A DNA stretch of 64,000 nt from Podarcis erhardii (Eukaryota), in assembly GCA_964252035.1 (NCBI GenBank), contig OZ176200.1. One strand, 5' to 3'. A program made the position numbers and the translations under genes. Shown piece after piece: positions 47,401-61,135 of the stretch. The notes beneath the pieces were generated by a model that worked only from the letters and a program-made list of their open reading frames with translations, did no database searches and was not told the DNA's origin. Each line of letters starts with the position of its first letter. Position 1 is the first letter of the stretch.

Positions 47401-49022
47401 AACCTGCTAAGCTTGTACAATAGAAAAGCAGTTTGATTTCCCCTATTGCTACTGCATTGCTGCACTGAGCTTCAGTGCTATGCAAGATCTTCCGCTCCTC
47501 TTTCATCAAATGTCAGTACTTCCTTCAGCTTGCATATAGGCAGCTTTCTGATGTTTCTCGCCTTTGGAAGGAGACATTTGGCAACAAAGAGGGATAGCAA
47601 CTGTGAAGTTCATAGCTGACATGGATGAGCTTATACTATGACACGTCAAGTAACCCTTAACGATGCTGTCTCAAAACAACTGTGAACAGGGGTAGGACTT
47701 GTCCTGTGTCATTTTCTTGAAAAAAAGACCATGTGAAGTCATAAAGAACGGCAATTCCCAGACAGTAGCTGTGGTCCTGAGTAAATTGGAACTTTTGGCG
47801 AGCATTTTAGGGAATGTACGAATGCATGTGTACTTGTACTAGAGGTGATTGAGTTATCTATAGCAAGGTCTGGATTGAGTCAGAAAGATCTGAGAACATC
47901 TGTAACTAACTGGAGGCTGGAAAATGGAAGAGTTCAAAGAGGGGCAGTGTTTCCTGATTCAGCTTCAAAAACTCTCCCCTTCCCATCTTATTTTCCTTGA
48001 AGATGTCGTAGGCATACCAGAAGAACTCCCCTCCCTGCCATTGACCCAATGGCCCATCATGCTGCCTAACAGCATTCTGCCGTGCTTGAGACATTTAGAG
48101 CACCTGACTTTCCTAAAATGATCATGGGAACTGTAGTTTACCCATGATAGAGCTGTAATTCCCAGCACCCTTGATGGGTGACAGTTCCTAATATTCTTTG
48201 AGGAAAGCCATGTGATTTAAATGTGCTTCAATTGCATGGTGTGGATGTGACCGAGGAGACATGTAACACTTCCAGGAGCCTCTGTAATAGTTTCTGAGGC
48301 TAGGCTAGCCAGCATCCCCAATAGGAGAAATACTTTTGTTTGATGGAGTAAAACGGCAGCAGTTCTATTGTGGGTCAGGAGTGGAATCAGTCTAGAAAGA
48401 TAGGGGAGATTGTACTAGCTGTTTATTTAGGGCAAATGTGCCATCATTATAAGTGCAGGTTTTTCAACTTTTCAAAGTGAAGGAAGTCTGTGGAGTTTCA
48501 CTTGCTTGTTCCAAGGCCATATTTATCCTTCAATTTCTTCACTCTTTGTGGGAAATTAGACCTTTGATGGTATTTTAATGCACTTTAAATGGTTTAATTT
48601 CTTTGGATCTGGCACTATGCAAAGATGTTGATTTCAAATCCAATATCATGTCAATAGAGTGGAAACATTTAATAGGCTTAAATAGCTCATTGGAGTTAAA
48701 TTAGTTTGTTGAAACCGGCTTAGGCATTAAGGTGGTTGTTTTGAATGCATATCAACAAGAGTACAAATTTAGTAGTATTGAGCCAGGAATATATCATTTT
48801 TACAGGCATCAATTCACTAGCTAATTTATGCATCTCCTGTTTGCATCCTTTGTTTCTACCACACCAACAGCACTGATGTGCAGTATAAAAATGAAGCTGT
48901 AAAAATGTAATCTGACAAAGACATTTGCATCTCTATGCATTTCTTGTTACTATGAAACAACAGAATTCTCGGAATTAGCAATACGTCATTGTATCTAGAA
49001 ACACAGATTTTTTTAAAAAAAC

Positions 49023-49025
<3 letters not shown>

Positions 49026-49070
<45 letters not shown>
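49026..49070 (+). repeat. (CT)n(CA)n compound microsatellite
   Basis: Direct reading. Confidence 0.95.
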
Positions 49071-49094
49071 AAATCTATATCTGTCTATAATCTA

Positions 49095-49591
49095 NNNNNN
49101 NNNNNNNNNNNNNNNNNNNNNNNNNNNNNNNNNNNNNNNNNNNNNNNNNNNNNNNNNNNNNNNNNNNNNNNNNNNNNNNNNNNNNNNNNNNNNNNNNNNN
49201 NNNNNNNNNNNNNNNNNNNNNNNNNNNNNNNNNNNNNNNNNNNNNNNNNNNNNNNNNNNNNNNNNNNNNNNNNNNNNNNNNNNNNNNNNNNNNNNNNNNN
49301 NNNNNNNNNNNNNNNNNNNNNNNNNNNNNNNNNNNNNNNNNNNNNNNNNNNNNNNNNNNNNNNNNNNNNNNNNNNNNNNNNNNNNNNNNNNNNNNNNNNN
49401 NNNNNNNNNNNNNNNNNNNNNNNNNNNNNNNNNNNNNNNNNNNNNNNNNNNNNNNNNNNNNNNNNNNNNNNNNNNNNNNNNNNNNNNNNNNNNNNNNNNN
49501 NNNNNNNNNNNNNNNNNNNNNNNNNNNNNNNNNNNNNNNNNNNNNNNNNNNNNNNNNNNNNNNNNNNNNNNNNNNNNNNNNNNNNNNNNNN
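49095..49591. other. Assembly gap (497 N)
   Basis: Run of N. Confidence 1.
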
Positions 49592-49946
49592 TCATCTGGT
49601 AATTCAAAAAGTATTCATTTTCTGTTGTGCTGACACTTCCCATATAAAATTTGTATATTGCCCTTCACCTGCAAATCTCAGGGCAGTTCACAACATAAAA
49701 TTACAATATAAAAGCACAAAATACATGATGTAAACAAGAACACACCCCCCCCCCCACAAACCAGTAACTCCACTGCCCACCACCCTCTCCCACCAATATG
49801 GTGAAGTTGTTCACTGCTGCTTCTTTTTTCTTTCCTTTTTCTTTTACAAAGGTTTAGACAAATCATAGATTTGAATATCACTTTCCCCCATTTTTTGGTG
49901 AATATATCATAGATACTCATGAGATACAAGTATCAAAGCTTTAGAA

Positions 49947-50082
49947 CAGGCATAGGCAAACTCCGGCCCTTTTGATGTTTGGGACTGCAATTCCCATCAT
50001 CCCTGACCACTGGTCCTGTTAGCTGGGGATGATGGGAATTTTGATCCCAAACATCTGGAGGGCTGGAGTTTGCCTATGCCTG
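49947..50082. mobile_element. hAT-type hairpin MITE (136 bp)
   Basis: Perfect 17-bp TIR CAGGCATAGGCAAACTC; perfect 8-bp TSD CTTTAGAA. Confidence 0.93.
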
Positions 50083-51137
50083 CTTTAGAATGCTGGGAGT
50101 TGTGGGGAAGTTATACAGTGGATATATTCCTGTATCCTTCTGAACTGTGAGCATCCTGTTGTAACCCTTAAGGTGATTGTTGCCAGGGGTCCGATCTGTT
50201 ATCTCACCCTCCACCACAATCAAAGCTGACTCAAATCTTCGGCCGGAGGTAGCTGACTCCACTTGCCCAATGGTAGGGCCACCTGTGCCTACCCACTCAC
50301 ATAAGCAGTGACTACACTCAGCTACACCTTCTGCTACAGCCTGGCTGTCTTTGTAACTGTAGAATTATGTGGTTGAGGCTGACTTTGTCATGAGCCAGCC
50401 CTTCATTCAGAGCACCCATCTTGGCTAACAAGTCTCTCAGCACACCATCTTCCAATTTCGTCTTGTGTATGGAGAGCTCAAGGTTAACATTGGTGGCTTT
50501 AACCTGAGGAGGAAATGGAGATACTGAATTTCACCTCCTACTCCAGGCTGCTTCCCCTTCAAGGCATAGCAGTGGCGCCTCAGATGAGAAGCTCTTCTTT
50601 AGGGAACAGAGATCCATAAAATCATGCCTAATTGACTTTATGGGGGAATCCAGATTTGACGATAGATAGGCAGTCGTTTTTGTGGAAGAAATGGGTCGCT
50701 TGTGGAATTTATATATTAAATCAGCTGGACAGCATTTTTGTTGTCGTCTTCTGTATTGCTGTTTAAATGTCATTCACTGAGTGCTGAATGACAGCATATT
50801 CAATTACATCGGCTGGTGTCTATTTGTGAACTGTGTGCTTTGGGTGCTCCTAAATTGTTAGATCGAATTATTGGATCTTCCCAGAAAGCTAAATCCACAG
50901 ATGCTGCTTATAAATGCACCTCAATCTATGCTCTCATACTCCACTCAGTGTTGTGGGCACAATTTAATATGCTGCTCTTCAATACATCGTGGGTTACATA
51001 CAAGACTAGTTTAGGACCCACTGAAGTCAAAGGGACTTAAGTAATGAACAACACGTCCAACTGACTTCAGGGGGAACTAAGTTCAACCAATTGAGCTTGG
51101 CTTTAACCAAAAAGTTTGTATTTGTGAAGCTGCAGAG

Positions 51138-51568
51138 CAGGCCTGGACCACCCACCCATGAGGCAAGGTGAGACAATTACCTCATACAGCAGCATCCATG
51201 GGGCAGCAGATCCAGCCTGCAAGGAATGCATTGTCCGCTGCTGCCACCACAGTGCCACTGATGACTGCAGCATGCTGGATCTGTTACCTCCTCAGCTGCC
51301 TCCCCATACTACCTCTGTGGTGGTTTCTTGGTGTTTGGGGGGGTGGTTTTCACCGCCTCCCCCAGCCACTGCTGCAATGGCCTTTGATTCCCACTTCAAT
51401 CATTGGGTAAGGTTCATTTGATCCTCCCCACTCTCCTGTTCCTGCTATAGATCTTCACTTCTTCCCTTGTTCCTGATGTAGATCTTTGCTCACTCCTTCT
51501 TCCCTGGCTGGGGAGAGAAGCATTTTTGTGTTTCGCCTCAGGTGTCAAAATGTCATGGGCCAGCCCTG
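51138..51568. mobile_element. hAT-type non-autonomous element
   Basis: CAGGCCTGG...CCAGCCCTG termini; perfect 8-bp TSD CTGCAGAG. Confidence 0.75.
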
Positions 51569-52459
51569 CTGCAGAGTTAAATAAGCAATATCAAGCCACA
51601 GGTTTAAAATGTAGATACATTGTGATGAAAATACTTGTCAAGAATTTCTGCAGAACCCTTTTGAATCAAATGTATCCAAAGTACAAGCTCTGGCTCTCAG
51701 GATACAAATCTCCCCCCCCCCCCCCGAGCCTGCTGATAATGGTTTTCAAACCACTTGCCCAGTAGCTTGACTGCATTCGTTCTCCTAGCACCGTTCTAAG
51801 AAATGTTTATGGACTAAACATTTAAATCCAGCATTAAAGAAGCTGTTTTGCCTTCTTTCAGAAGCACTTTCCCAACTGCTTGCATCATTACTGCTGGCCT
51901 TCCTGGTGTGGCTAGAATTAAGTTTAGGCAGCTTTCCCCATCATTAACCTCTCTTTTCAAGAGGTTATAAACATGGTCATTAACATTTACTATGAGTCAA
52001 AACTTGGTGTATAGAGTTTCAACCCAGGAGTTTATGCTTTTTACTATGTAAAAAATATTGAGTATAACTCTGAAACTTTGGGATTAACTGCTGTCAAGTT
52101 TCTTGATTTCTAGCTGCTGAAATATCGATAAAACGTGGGGTTAAAATTGGAGAGGGAATCCCAAATGTGGTTTGTACACCCAATATAATTGCATTATGTT
52201 TCTGTATACTATGTACAGTTAGCTTTAAGAACTGAAAAAGAATTATTGGGTTCTTCCTAATTAAAGCCCGTTAGTCCTGGCGAGGCATTGCTGTCTTGCA
52301 CAATGAGCCAGAGGCAGAATTGCACCTGTGATTCTGCATTATATCTAATAAGATGCTTCATTTTCATTGCAATCTCAGTATACTCCCATCTGCACAGAAG
52401 AGGGAAAAAATAGGAAGGCTCTTTAATGAAGTTCCACCTGCCTGCCCACTTGCTTCTTT

Positions 52460-52602
52460 CAAGGCTGGGGAACTTATTTCTCCTCCAGATGATGGATTCA
52501 AACTCTCATTATGGAGTTGGCCCAGCTAGCATGACCAGTGGTCAGAGATGATGGGAGCTGTAGTCTAGCATCATCTGGAGGACCACAACTTGCTCACCTC
52601 TG
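52460..52602. mobile_element. Degenerate hAT-type hairpin MITE
   Basis: Same arms as the 40866/49947 family. Confidence 0.6.
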
Positions 52603-53035
52603 CTTCAGTTGCTTGTTTTCTTTGCACCATGTCTTTTAAAACTATTTATACATTTGTGCCCAACCCCCTCTCCCTTTTCCAATGCAGGAAGTCACCAGCT
52701 CCTCCCTCAACCCTCCCTCACCCACTTTGCTTCCCAAACTTGGAGTGGAAAAAAATGTACAGCGTTGTGTTCGGGGGCTTGGAAGAAATATGAACACACG
52801 TACTTGGAAGAAATATGAAAAGAGTGCTTGGCTGCTGACTTATGCAGGAGCGGGTCAGATCATTTCCGTTTTAGCCTTTGTTTGAAGTTATGATCAGCCA
52901 GGCTCAGAGTGTGAGGAGACTTGTGTCCTCCAGTTCCTCCCCCTGCCCTTCCTTGGCTCCCACATAGCACAGATCCAGGGTTCTGACTGACTGATGGGCT
53001 CCTCACTGTCCTCCTTCCTGTGGTTTTCATAAATT

Positions 53036-53039
<4 letters not shown>

Positions 53040-53079
<40 letters not shown>

Positions 53080-53476
53080 TTATTATTTGTATCACGCCCA
53101 TCTGGCTGGGTTTCCCTAGCCACTCTGGGCGGCTTCCAACAAAGATTAAACATACATCAAAATGTCACACATTAAAAACTTCCCTAAACAGAACTGCCTT
53201 CAGATGTCTTCTAAATGTCAGGTAGTTGTTTATCTCTTTGAAATCTGATGGGAGGGCGTTCCACAGGGTGGGCGCCACTACCAAGAAGGCCCTCTGCCTG
53301 GTTCCCTGTAGCTTTGCTTCTCGCAGTGAGGGAACCGCCAGAAGGCCCTCGGCACTGGACCTCAGCGTCCAGGCAGAACAATGGGGGCGGAGATGCTCCT
53401 TCACATATACTATGTCAAGGCCGTTTAGGGCTTTAAATGCAAACACCAAAACTTTGAATTGTGCTTGGAAACGTAC
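53040..53476 (-). mobile_element. L2 3' end with an expanded (AAT)n tail (53040-53079)
   Basis: FKVLVFAFKALNGL...RAFLVVAPTLWNALPSD...FRRHLKAVLFREVFNV. Confidence 0.92.
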
Positions 53477-56094
53477 CCCCATTTCCTCATTTTTTCCCTT
53501 CATTTTTGGCAATGAAACAGGAGGAATGCCAGATGGACCACTATTCCCTTTCTACTTTATGACCCCCATGATTTGTAGTCTATTGCAATCATTCATCCAA
53601 AATGCCTCCCCAAAACACAACATGTCCTCTGCACCCTGAACCAGCCATGGGAGCTCCTGCAAGCAGAGAGTGTGCTGGGGTGGGGAGGCTCAGCTGATCT
53701 TCAGAGCCGGCTTGTGGGTGGAGCTCTGGGGAGTCAGTGAAGTCTATTCAGCCCCATTCTTTCAGCCTGTTTGGATTGTCACTTTCTAAAAACATTTTGG
53801 AATGACACTTGGCAGTAACTGGAAAGAATAATGGAAAAGGTAAGCTTAGGGAGAAAGTAAAGAGGAACACACATCAAAGCTACTCCACTTAAAAAAGATG
53901 GAAGAGCAACACTGAGTGGTGCTTTCCCTTCCTTTCAGAGAGGGAAAATTTTCTGATTCCCCTCCCCACCCGCCAAAATTGAAGCATCATAGAGATAACA
54001 CAGAGTGAGGATTATACATTGAAGATGCTCCATAAAAAACAAGTGAACAAAAGCATGGCTTTGTTGGTTTCTATTTCCCTCACTGAGCAGCAACTGCAGT
54101 CACAAGACATTGTTTTGCATTCAACAGTCAGAGTTACTGTTGGATTCCCACGGGAATGGGAGACTGGATGTGACGTTCACTGGTTTCCTGTTTTTCACCG
54201 TTCTCTCGGTGTTCTTTGTTTCCGAGAGGAGTTGCTTCTCTGCTCTCACAGAGGCAAGATGCATGTTTGTATTCTCTCAGCATAGAGTGTAAATAAAAAT
54301 TAAGAATGTAGCACATACTGCTTATCCTTCTGCTGTGTGGCGACGCTCTGCTTGGGCTCAAGATAAGACGAGCCTGTATCAGCTTCAGATGGGCCGAAGC
54401 TGGTCAAAATCTCACAGGCTTTTCCAGAGTAACCACCTTGTCCAAAAGTGCCCATTATTATTGGTTTTTTCCTGCTTAGAATCTACTTTTAAACAAGTCC
54501 CTAAATTCATCTCCTAATATTGCACATTTCAAGCAGTCATAAAGTATGCATTCATATACTATTTCTAAGGAACCGTTAACACACTATTGTGCCGCTACTC
54601 AAGTATTTGTGTGCTTAAAAACTTAATAGAGAGGAAATTGACATAAAGCCAAGGAAATGACAAGAAGCAGCATTAAAACAGTGTTAAAGTAGGTGATAAA
54701 ATCTAACACTCAAAAAATGAACACTACTTATTGAACTCATTATGATTAGTGATGGGTGAACTCTCCTCAGCTCAATTCAGAATTGGTTTGGTATGTATGA
54801 GCTTCCTCTCCAAAACAAGTTGACTGATTTTCTTTCCTTTCTCTTCTGGCTCATAAGATGGATCACAGCTCATACATTTTGGAAAGGATTATTATAGCCT
54901 ACCTAAAATTCTAAAGCACCCCATCTGATAGCAAAAGTGCTGAGAACAAGAGAGGGGTAAGAACTTAATGACAGGGACAGCAATCATGTAAAATATTTGC
55001 ACAGAAAAATGTAGAAAACCATCACCAAAAAAGAGGGCTACTTGGCTGCCTCCCAGGTTACATTGTCTGCTCCTCCTCCAAAGTAGACATTATCACCTCT
55101 GCTACTCCTTCCATATAATCTTCTTGCCTCTAAACTGGTAACTGGGTTGGTCACTAAGGGGCTTAATTTGGGATCAGTTGGTGATCCCTAGTCTAGATAG
55201 ACCCTTGGTTTTATTCATCAATGCATTCTAGTGATGCTACAAAACTGGAATTGGCATTAGAGTTCCACACTTTGCTGCCAGCCGTCTGTAGGTTGAAATG
55301 TGTGAGTTCAGGGATTCTTCCTGTAACGGTAAGAAAAATCTGGCATGAACCAGGTTTTGCACTCTAATATAAATTCTGCACTTCAGGATACAAAAATGTG
55401 AATAATTTCATCCAGAACTAAGGGTGAGAAACTGTTGGAATCAGTGTTATTGAAAATGCAAATACTCCTTCTCAAACAAAAGCGGCCCCAATTTGAGAGA
55501 GCACAACCAGCACCCAAGCCAACCCTCTTGAACAGGGACTTGCACGCACTTCTTCCACTGCCCGATCCATCTGTCTCTCCCCTCGTTCCCTATCAGTGGA
55601 ATCTGATGCACAGTGTATTTTCCTGTTGGGAATCCTGAAGCTTGTCTAGAAGCCCCAGAAACCCCAAAAAGAGATGAAACTCCATGTGTCACTTGCTTTC
55701 AAAACGATGCCCAGGACATCATTTCTTGCCAGAGATTCCTAGGCTTGTAGTAAAACTTCAGAATCCTTGTTGATGGAAAACGACACCCCTTGTTTCAGTT
55801 TCCACTGTTGAGAGTGCCCTCTACCATTGCTGTAGCCTACTATTTCCTTCCCCGTTCTTCAAGGTAAAGAAGAATAGCAAGGGACTGAGACCAACAGCTA
55901 AACAAAGATTTTAAAGAAATGTTCCAGTAGAACACTTGGATATCTATGTTTCATTTTCGGAACAAGCCAAAGGACAATCACTCATCCCTGCCCATAATTA
56001 TCAGGGTTTGGACTTTCTTCTCATTCTGCTTCCTGCGCTCCATTTCGAAGAGTTGTAGCTCAGCGGCAGAGTATGTGTATGCAAGAGTAGAAGT

Positions 56095-56260
56095 GGATTC
56101 AGGAGCACCCTCAAGTTTTGAATGAGCTCTTTCAAAAGCAACACAAGCAACATCCAAGCACTCTGAACACCAACACCTGGATCAACCTCAATATCTACCA
56201 CAAAGTTCTTCCATCTTGTCTGGATTAAAAGCTGATTCAGATTTACTCGCAATCATCACA
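56095..56260 (-). mobile_element. Degenerate L2 RT remnant
   Basis: On minus: AATCCAGACAAGATGGAAG (NPDK-E) and CTTGAGGGTGCTCCTGAATCC (LGVLLD-like). Confidence 0.4.
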
Positions 56261-57242
56261 TGATTACCACATTGTGTGCAAAAGCCAACACAATCTATCA
56301 TGGATAGAATACACACAATTGCTGATCTTTCTTAAACTAAGAACTCAGTAACCACCACAAAAAGTGATTGTGTGAATTTTCTGGATTTCTTGCCCTTTTC
56401 TTTCTCCTCCTGCTTCCCATCAGCTCCCATTTTCAAGCCCATCTGTACTTGTTGGGGCTCTCTTTCTGTTTCTCAGATCATTCCATTGCCACTAGATGAA
56501 TGTTCAATAGGGCATTTGCTGCATCGCTAACTTTATCCCTAGTTTTCAGGTATCAATCACAAAGGACTCGTTTTCCAAATTAACGTAGTCACACTACCAG
56601 CAATCACCTCTAATCTCTCTCTGTAGTCATGTCTCCACATTGCCCAGATGTTCACCATAAGTTTGCTTAATTACTCAGGCATCTCAGCTACCAAGACACA
56701 GCCACAAATGCCTTGCTACCTCCCCGTTAACGCTGGAACCAGCCATCAGATTCTTTTTTATGACTCAAATTAAACTCAGTTTAAATAACTTTGTTGACAT
56801 TTCTTGCAGCTGCTTTGCTGAATTCTGTCTGCTTTATGCTATTATCGTTTTAGGCTTTATCTGTCATAATTCAAAGCAAACAAATAAAGCATTTTGCCAA
56901 AATCTTTACCAATCATCTGCCCCATCTGCTGTTCAGTCCCAACCTAATCTCTCTCTCTCTCTCTTCGTCACTGTGTTGCCAAGAAAAGCATATCTACAAA
57001 ATGTTTAATTATTGTTGAGGGATTATTATTATTTTTGGCTCAGTTCAGTACTGTGAATATCCTCCTGTTTCTATTGCAAACTGCTGATATTACAGAAAAC
57101 ATTTGTACTTGTGAACTAGAGCTTGGGCCCATGTCATTAACCACACAGGGCCTGATTCCCTTGTGTTGCCTCCAGTCCATCACTTAGGTCCTTCAGAGTT
57201 GCTGAAGATGTTGCCAAACGATAGCAGCCAGAAATGACAGTA

Positions 57243-57487
57243 CAGTCGTACCTTGTTTTTCGAACAGCTTAGTTCTCAAACATTTTGGTTCCAGAATGTC
57301 GCAAACCCAGAAGTGACTGTTCCGGTTTGCGAACTATTTTTGGAAGCCGAACGTCCAATTTGGCTTCCGTGGTTTCTGATTGGCTGCAGGAGCTTCCTGC
57401 AGCCAATCAGAAGCCGTGCTTTGGTTTTTGAACATTTTGGAAGTCAAACAGACTTCCGGAATGGATTCTGTTCAACTTCCAAGGTAT
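57243..57487. mobile_element. Tc1/mariner-type MITE with central palindrome; right TIR truncated
   Basis: TA+CAGTCGTACC left end; 18-bp perfect internal inverted repeat at 57374-57412. Confidence 0.75.
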
Positions 57488-57846
57488 ATGGGGAAAGGGG
57501 AAGAGCCACTAAGTCTGGTTTCATTACCTCAGACTGAGTTGCATCTTAGCAGCAACAGTAGCACACATCACGACTCACCCCTCTCCAGTTTAAGACAACT
57601 GCTATAGACTTTGTTAATAATGGTTAGGTCTCCCTAGGAAGCATCCCACCAAAACTCAATAGATTTAATGTGTTTGATATCTTACAAGAGTGCTTTTAGA
57701 CCAATGCCCATTGAAATATATGCAAGAAATAGCAATGGGTGGGCTCACCCCATCAGAAATCCATAATTAGTTTGCCAAGTTACGAATGCCACATTACAAG
57801 TTTGGATCAAAGTTCTCTGTTATTTTCAGATCTTGTACTATATACA

Positions 57847-58082
57847 CCTAGCAGTTCGAAAGCACATCAAGCACAAGTAGATAAATAGGTACTGCTCCGG
57901 CGGGAAGGTAAACGGTGTTTCCATGCGCTGCTCTGGTTCGCCAGAAGCGGCTTAGTCATGCTGGCCACATGACCCAGAAGCTGTCTGCGGACAAACGGCG
58001 GCTCTCTCGGGCTACAGAGCGAGATGAGCGCGCAACCCCAGAGTCATCCACGACTAACAGTCAGGGGTACCTTTACCTTTTC
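57847..58082 (+). mobile_element. 5'-truncated Sauria SINE with 9-bp TSD CTATATACA, followed by an L2 tail (58092-58181)
   Basis: TSD at 57838-57846 and 58083-58091. Confidence 0.9.
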
Positions 58083-59620
58083 CTATATACATTAATGTTT
58101 GATTTTATCGTATTTTTAATATTCTGTTGGGAGTCGCCCAGAGTGGCTGGGGAAACCCAGCCAGATGGGTAGGGTTTAAATTAGGGTCCAACAGCAAGAA
58201 CAACTTGGGAAAGCACTGCTTACTGTGTGGCATCACAATATCACAATGTGCATCCCAGTGTGACATCACTGCTTTCCTTTCTCTGCTTCATTGTTTTCTA
58301 CAGTGAGTTTGACAGGCACTTCAGATCCAAACTTTGCAACAGATTGGATTGGTAAAGGGTAACTGAAGGGTTAAAGTAAAATCCTGCCATGAGAAAGCGG
58401 ATTAATCAATGTTTGAATCATTCAAAATTTCATATTTCATGTTTAGTGTTGGAATCCTGTGCTTAGCTGCTTATGCATACATTCCATTGAAGTCCATATT
58501 ATTTAACTGTAAGACTGCGTTTCCGAATGAACGCAATCAAATAGGATTTTACTGTTGGCTGCATTAGCATTAGTAATCCAAGCTAAATACTTATCTTTAC
58601 ATAACAATTGATTTCTTAAAACAGGTTATTTTTAATTTCTTTGTTCAAATTAGCTTTCATATTCAATTCTCCTTGATATAGTTATTCCTTTACGACATTC
58701 CTTCTTTTTAATTGACAAACAAAATAATGATGGCGAAAATCTTTGCTTTAGATCACAATTGCACCAGCCTTATTTTCCAGTTTAATGACTGCTGTCTGTG
58801 CAGAGATTATAAAATAGCCCATTACAACCATTGCCACCGTTTTACAAGCGATAACCATTTTGGGCAGTCGTTTCATAGGTCAGTAATCCCCAGGAAGTCT
58901 ATAATAGTCTCTGTCACCAGACTGTTCAATAAAAATATCTTACACTATTTTTCTTGAGTGCATTTTTCAAAGTCATTTATTTTCAGATCTCTTCCCCCAA
59001 ATAATATCAATAGACCTCCACTTCTGTGTGTGCATTCTTTACTGATATTGTTTGCAAAATGTATTATATCTACTTAGATTTTGGCTAAATTAAGTTCGTT
59101 TCACAAGCTTTCATAAGAAGGCCTCCTTCTTATCACAAAGTCAGATGATCTGCATGACCATCCCAAATGGGAGCATTCATTAACACACCCTGGCGTGACT
59201 GACAGCTGGCAAGAACATGGGCAGAACTCTGTACTAATCAGATTTGGGCATATCGAGGCTCACACACTGAATTTTGCAGGAAACTAATCCATACAGAGTT
59301 TTAAACATATGATCAGCAGTCAAAGACCCCACCATCACCACTCAGGACCTTGATGGGAGCAGGGCTGGGAAGCAATCAATTGACCAGCCGAAACAAATAA
59401 TTAGTTGGTCATCTATCATTATTTTGGGTGGGATTGCACTGCGCCTGAAGCAGCAAGTAGGAATGAGGAGAAATTCAATGTGGTTCACATTTAAGGGGGA
59501 GCTTTCTTAATTTACACGTTGAGAAGAGAAACATAGCTACACTTTGAAACAGGCATTTCTCTACATTTTGCAGTTCTCCAGCCAAGTAATGTATATAAGT
59601 AAAAAAAAATGCATGTATTG

Positions 59621-59913
59621 CAGGGGTTGTCAACCTAAGGCCCATGGGCCACAAGTGGCCCACAGGGGTCATTTAACCGGCTCCCAAGCCGCCCCCAAAC
59701 TGAGCTGCCCCAGGCGAGTCCCCCTGCAGTGCGCTAAACCAGCAATGTGGTACGGGGACTCGCTTTTGCGGCGCCGGTAATCATGTATGCACAGACACAG
59801 ACGCCGAAAATCGCAGGCGTGCAGGCGCATGTGTGCACAGATGCAATCTGGCCCACTGAGGGCTCTCCGCTGGAGTGAACCGGCTCAGGCAAGGTAAACC
59901 TTGTTGACCCCTG
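59621..59913. mobile_element. hAT-type non-autonomous element (293 bp)
   Basis: CAGGGGT.TCAAC / GTTGACCCCTG termini; perfect 8-bp TSD ATGTATTG. Confidence 0.88.
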
Positions 59914-61075
59914 ATGTATTGGGATATAGTTGGATAGCTATTCTGTTTGGAGGCAGAGCAATAGCCATCATGACTCATAGTAGCCTCATGCAACTGCAAA
60001 GGCCCTTTCCCTGGTAGCTACCCATCTCACATCATTCAGTTGTGGGCACCTGGGTCAGGCAGGGCCTCCAAAGAGGATCTTGAGAAATGTGAGAAAGCAT
60101 TCTTCTGTTTACAAGGTTCAAACCAGCACTTCAGATTCGCCCAGAAAACAGTGCAGCTAACAAAGCACAGGAATAATTTTTTTAACCTGCCCCATTCTGC
60201 TTAATGCACATGCAGCTTCACATACCTTCCAAGTGTCCCTATTTTTCAGGGATAGTCCCCAAATAATGAAAACCATCCCAGCTTCTGATTTGATACTGGA
60301 ATGTCCTTTATTTCGCCCCACCAGTGCTGCCCACAGGCGAGCTTGGGGAGGAGGATCAGCCGGTGCTTTTCCCGAGCAGCTGCTGAGGAGGTGGTGACTG
60401 TGAGGAGGCATCCTATTGCCTCTCTGTTGCCTCTCCATGGTCACCGGTGCCAGCCTCCTCCCTTGGGCAGCTTGTAGCTGCTGCTGGAGAGAGGGGAGGA
60501 GGAGGACAGGCTGCGGCCACTGAGGCCCAGCTCCACGTTACGTGCTGGCTCTGAGGGGGGCAGGCAGAGGGCAGGGCCACCCTGGGTGGGAAGAAAGTGG
60601 GAGCAGAGCACAAGGTGTCTTCATTTTTTTATTATTAAAAAAATGCTTTGTGCTTCCACATCTGATCTTGCCCCTTTCTAAAATTTGTTTATTGGGGTGT
60701 GTTTTTCTTTTTGTAAATTTACTAAAAATAAAAATAAAATCAGGAGGTTAGTCAGGACCATGGTGGAGGGTGGGTGTGCTATGTCCTGTTTGTGAGGTGG
60801 TGGCAGCACCCATCCTTCTTCTGATAGGAAATGCTCTGTGGCTGGGGACAAAAAATGGGGGGTCGAGGAGGGTCAGTTGTAGGGGAGTGAGAAATATCCC
60901 TATTATGGCTTCATCCTTCAATAAGTTTTTCAATAAATCCAATAAGTTTTTGAGGTGAACCTGTGGGTGGGGTCCTTACATAAGTAGCTTTCAGAGGTGT
61001 GGGGGTCTGCAATTGATGGGGGAGCAGTTGCCACATTTCCCACAGCAACTCCTACAGCAGGATCTTTATATCCAA

Positions 61076-61080
<5 letters not shown>

Positions 61081-61118
<38 letters not shown>

Positions 61119-61135
61119 TGTGTGTGTGTGTGTGT
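61081..61135 (+). repeat. (TG)n microsatellite
   Basis: Direct reading. Confidence 0.95.

Noticed and set aside
49092-49643. 183-aa ORF in the track
   Set aside because: Artefact of translating the N gap.
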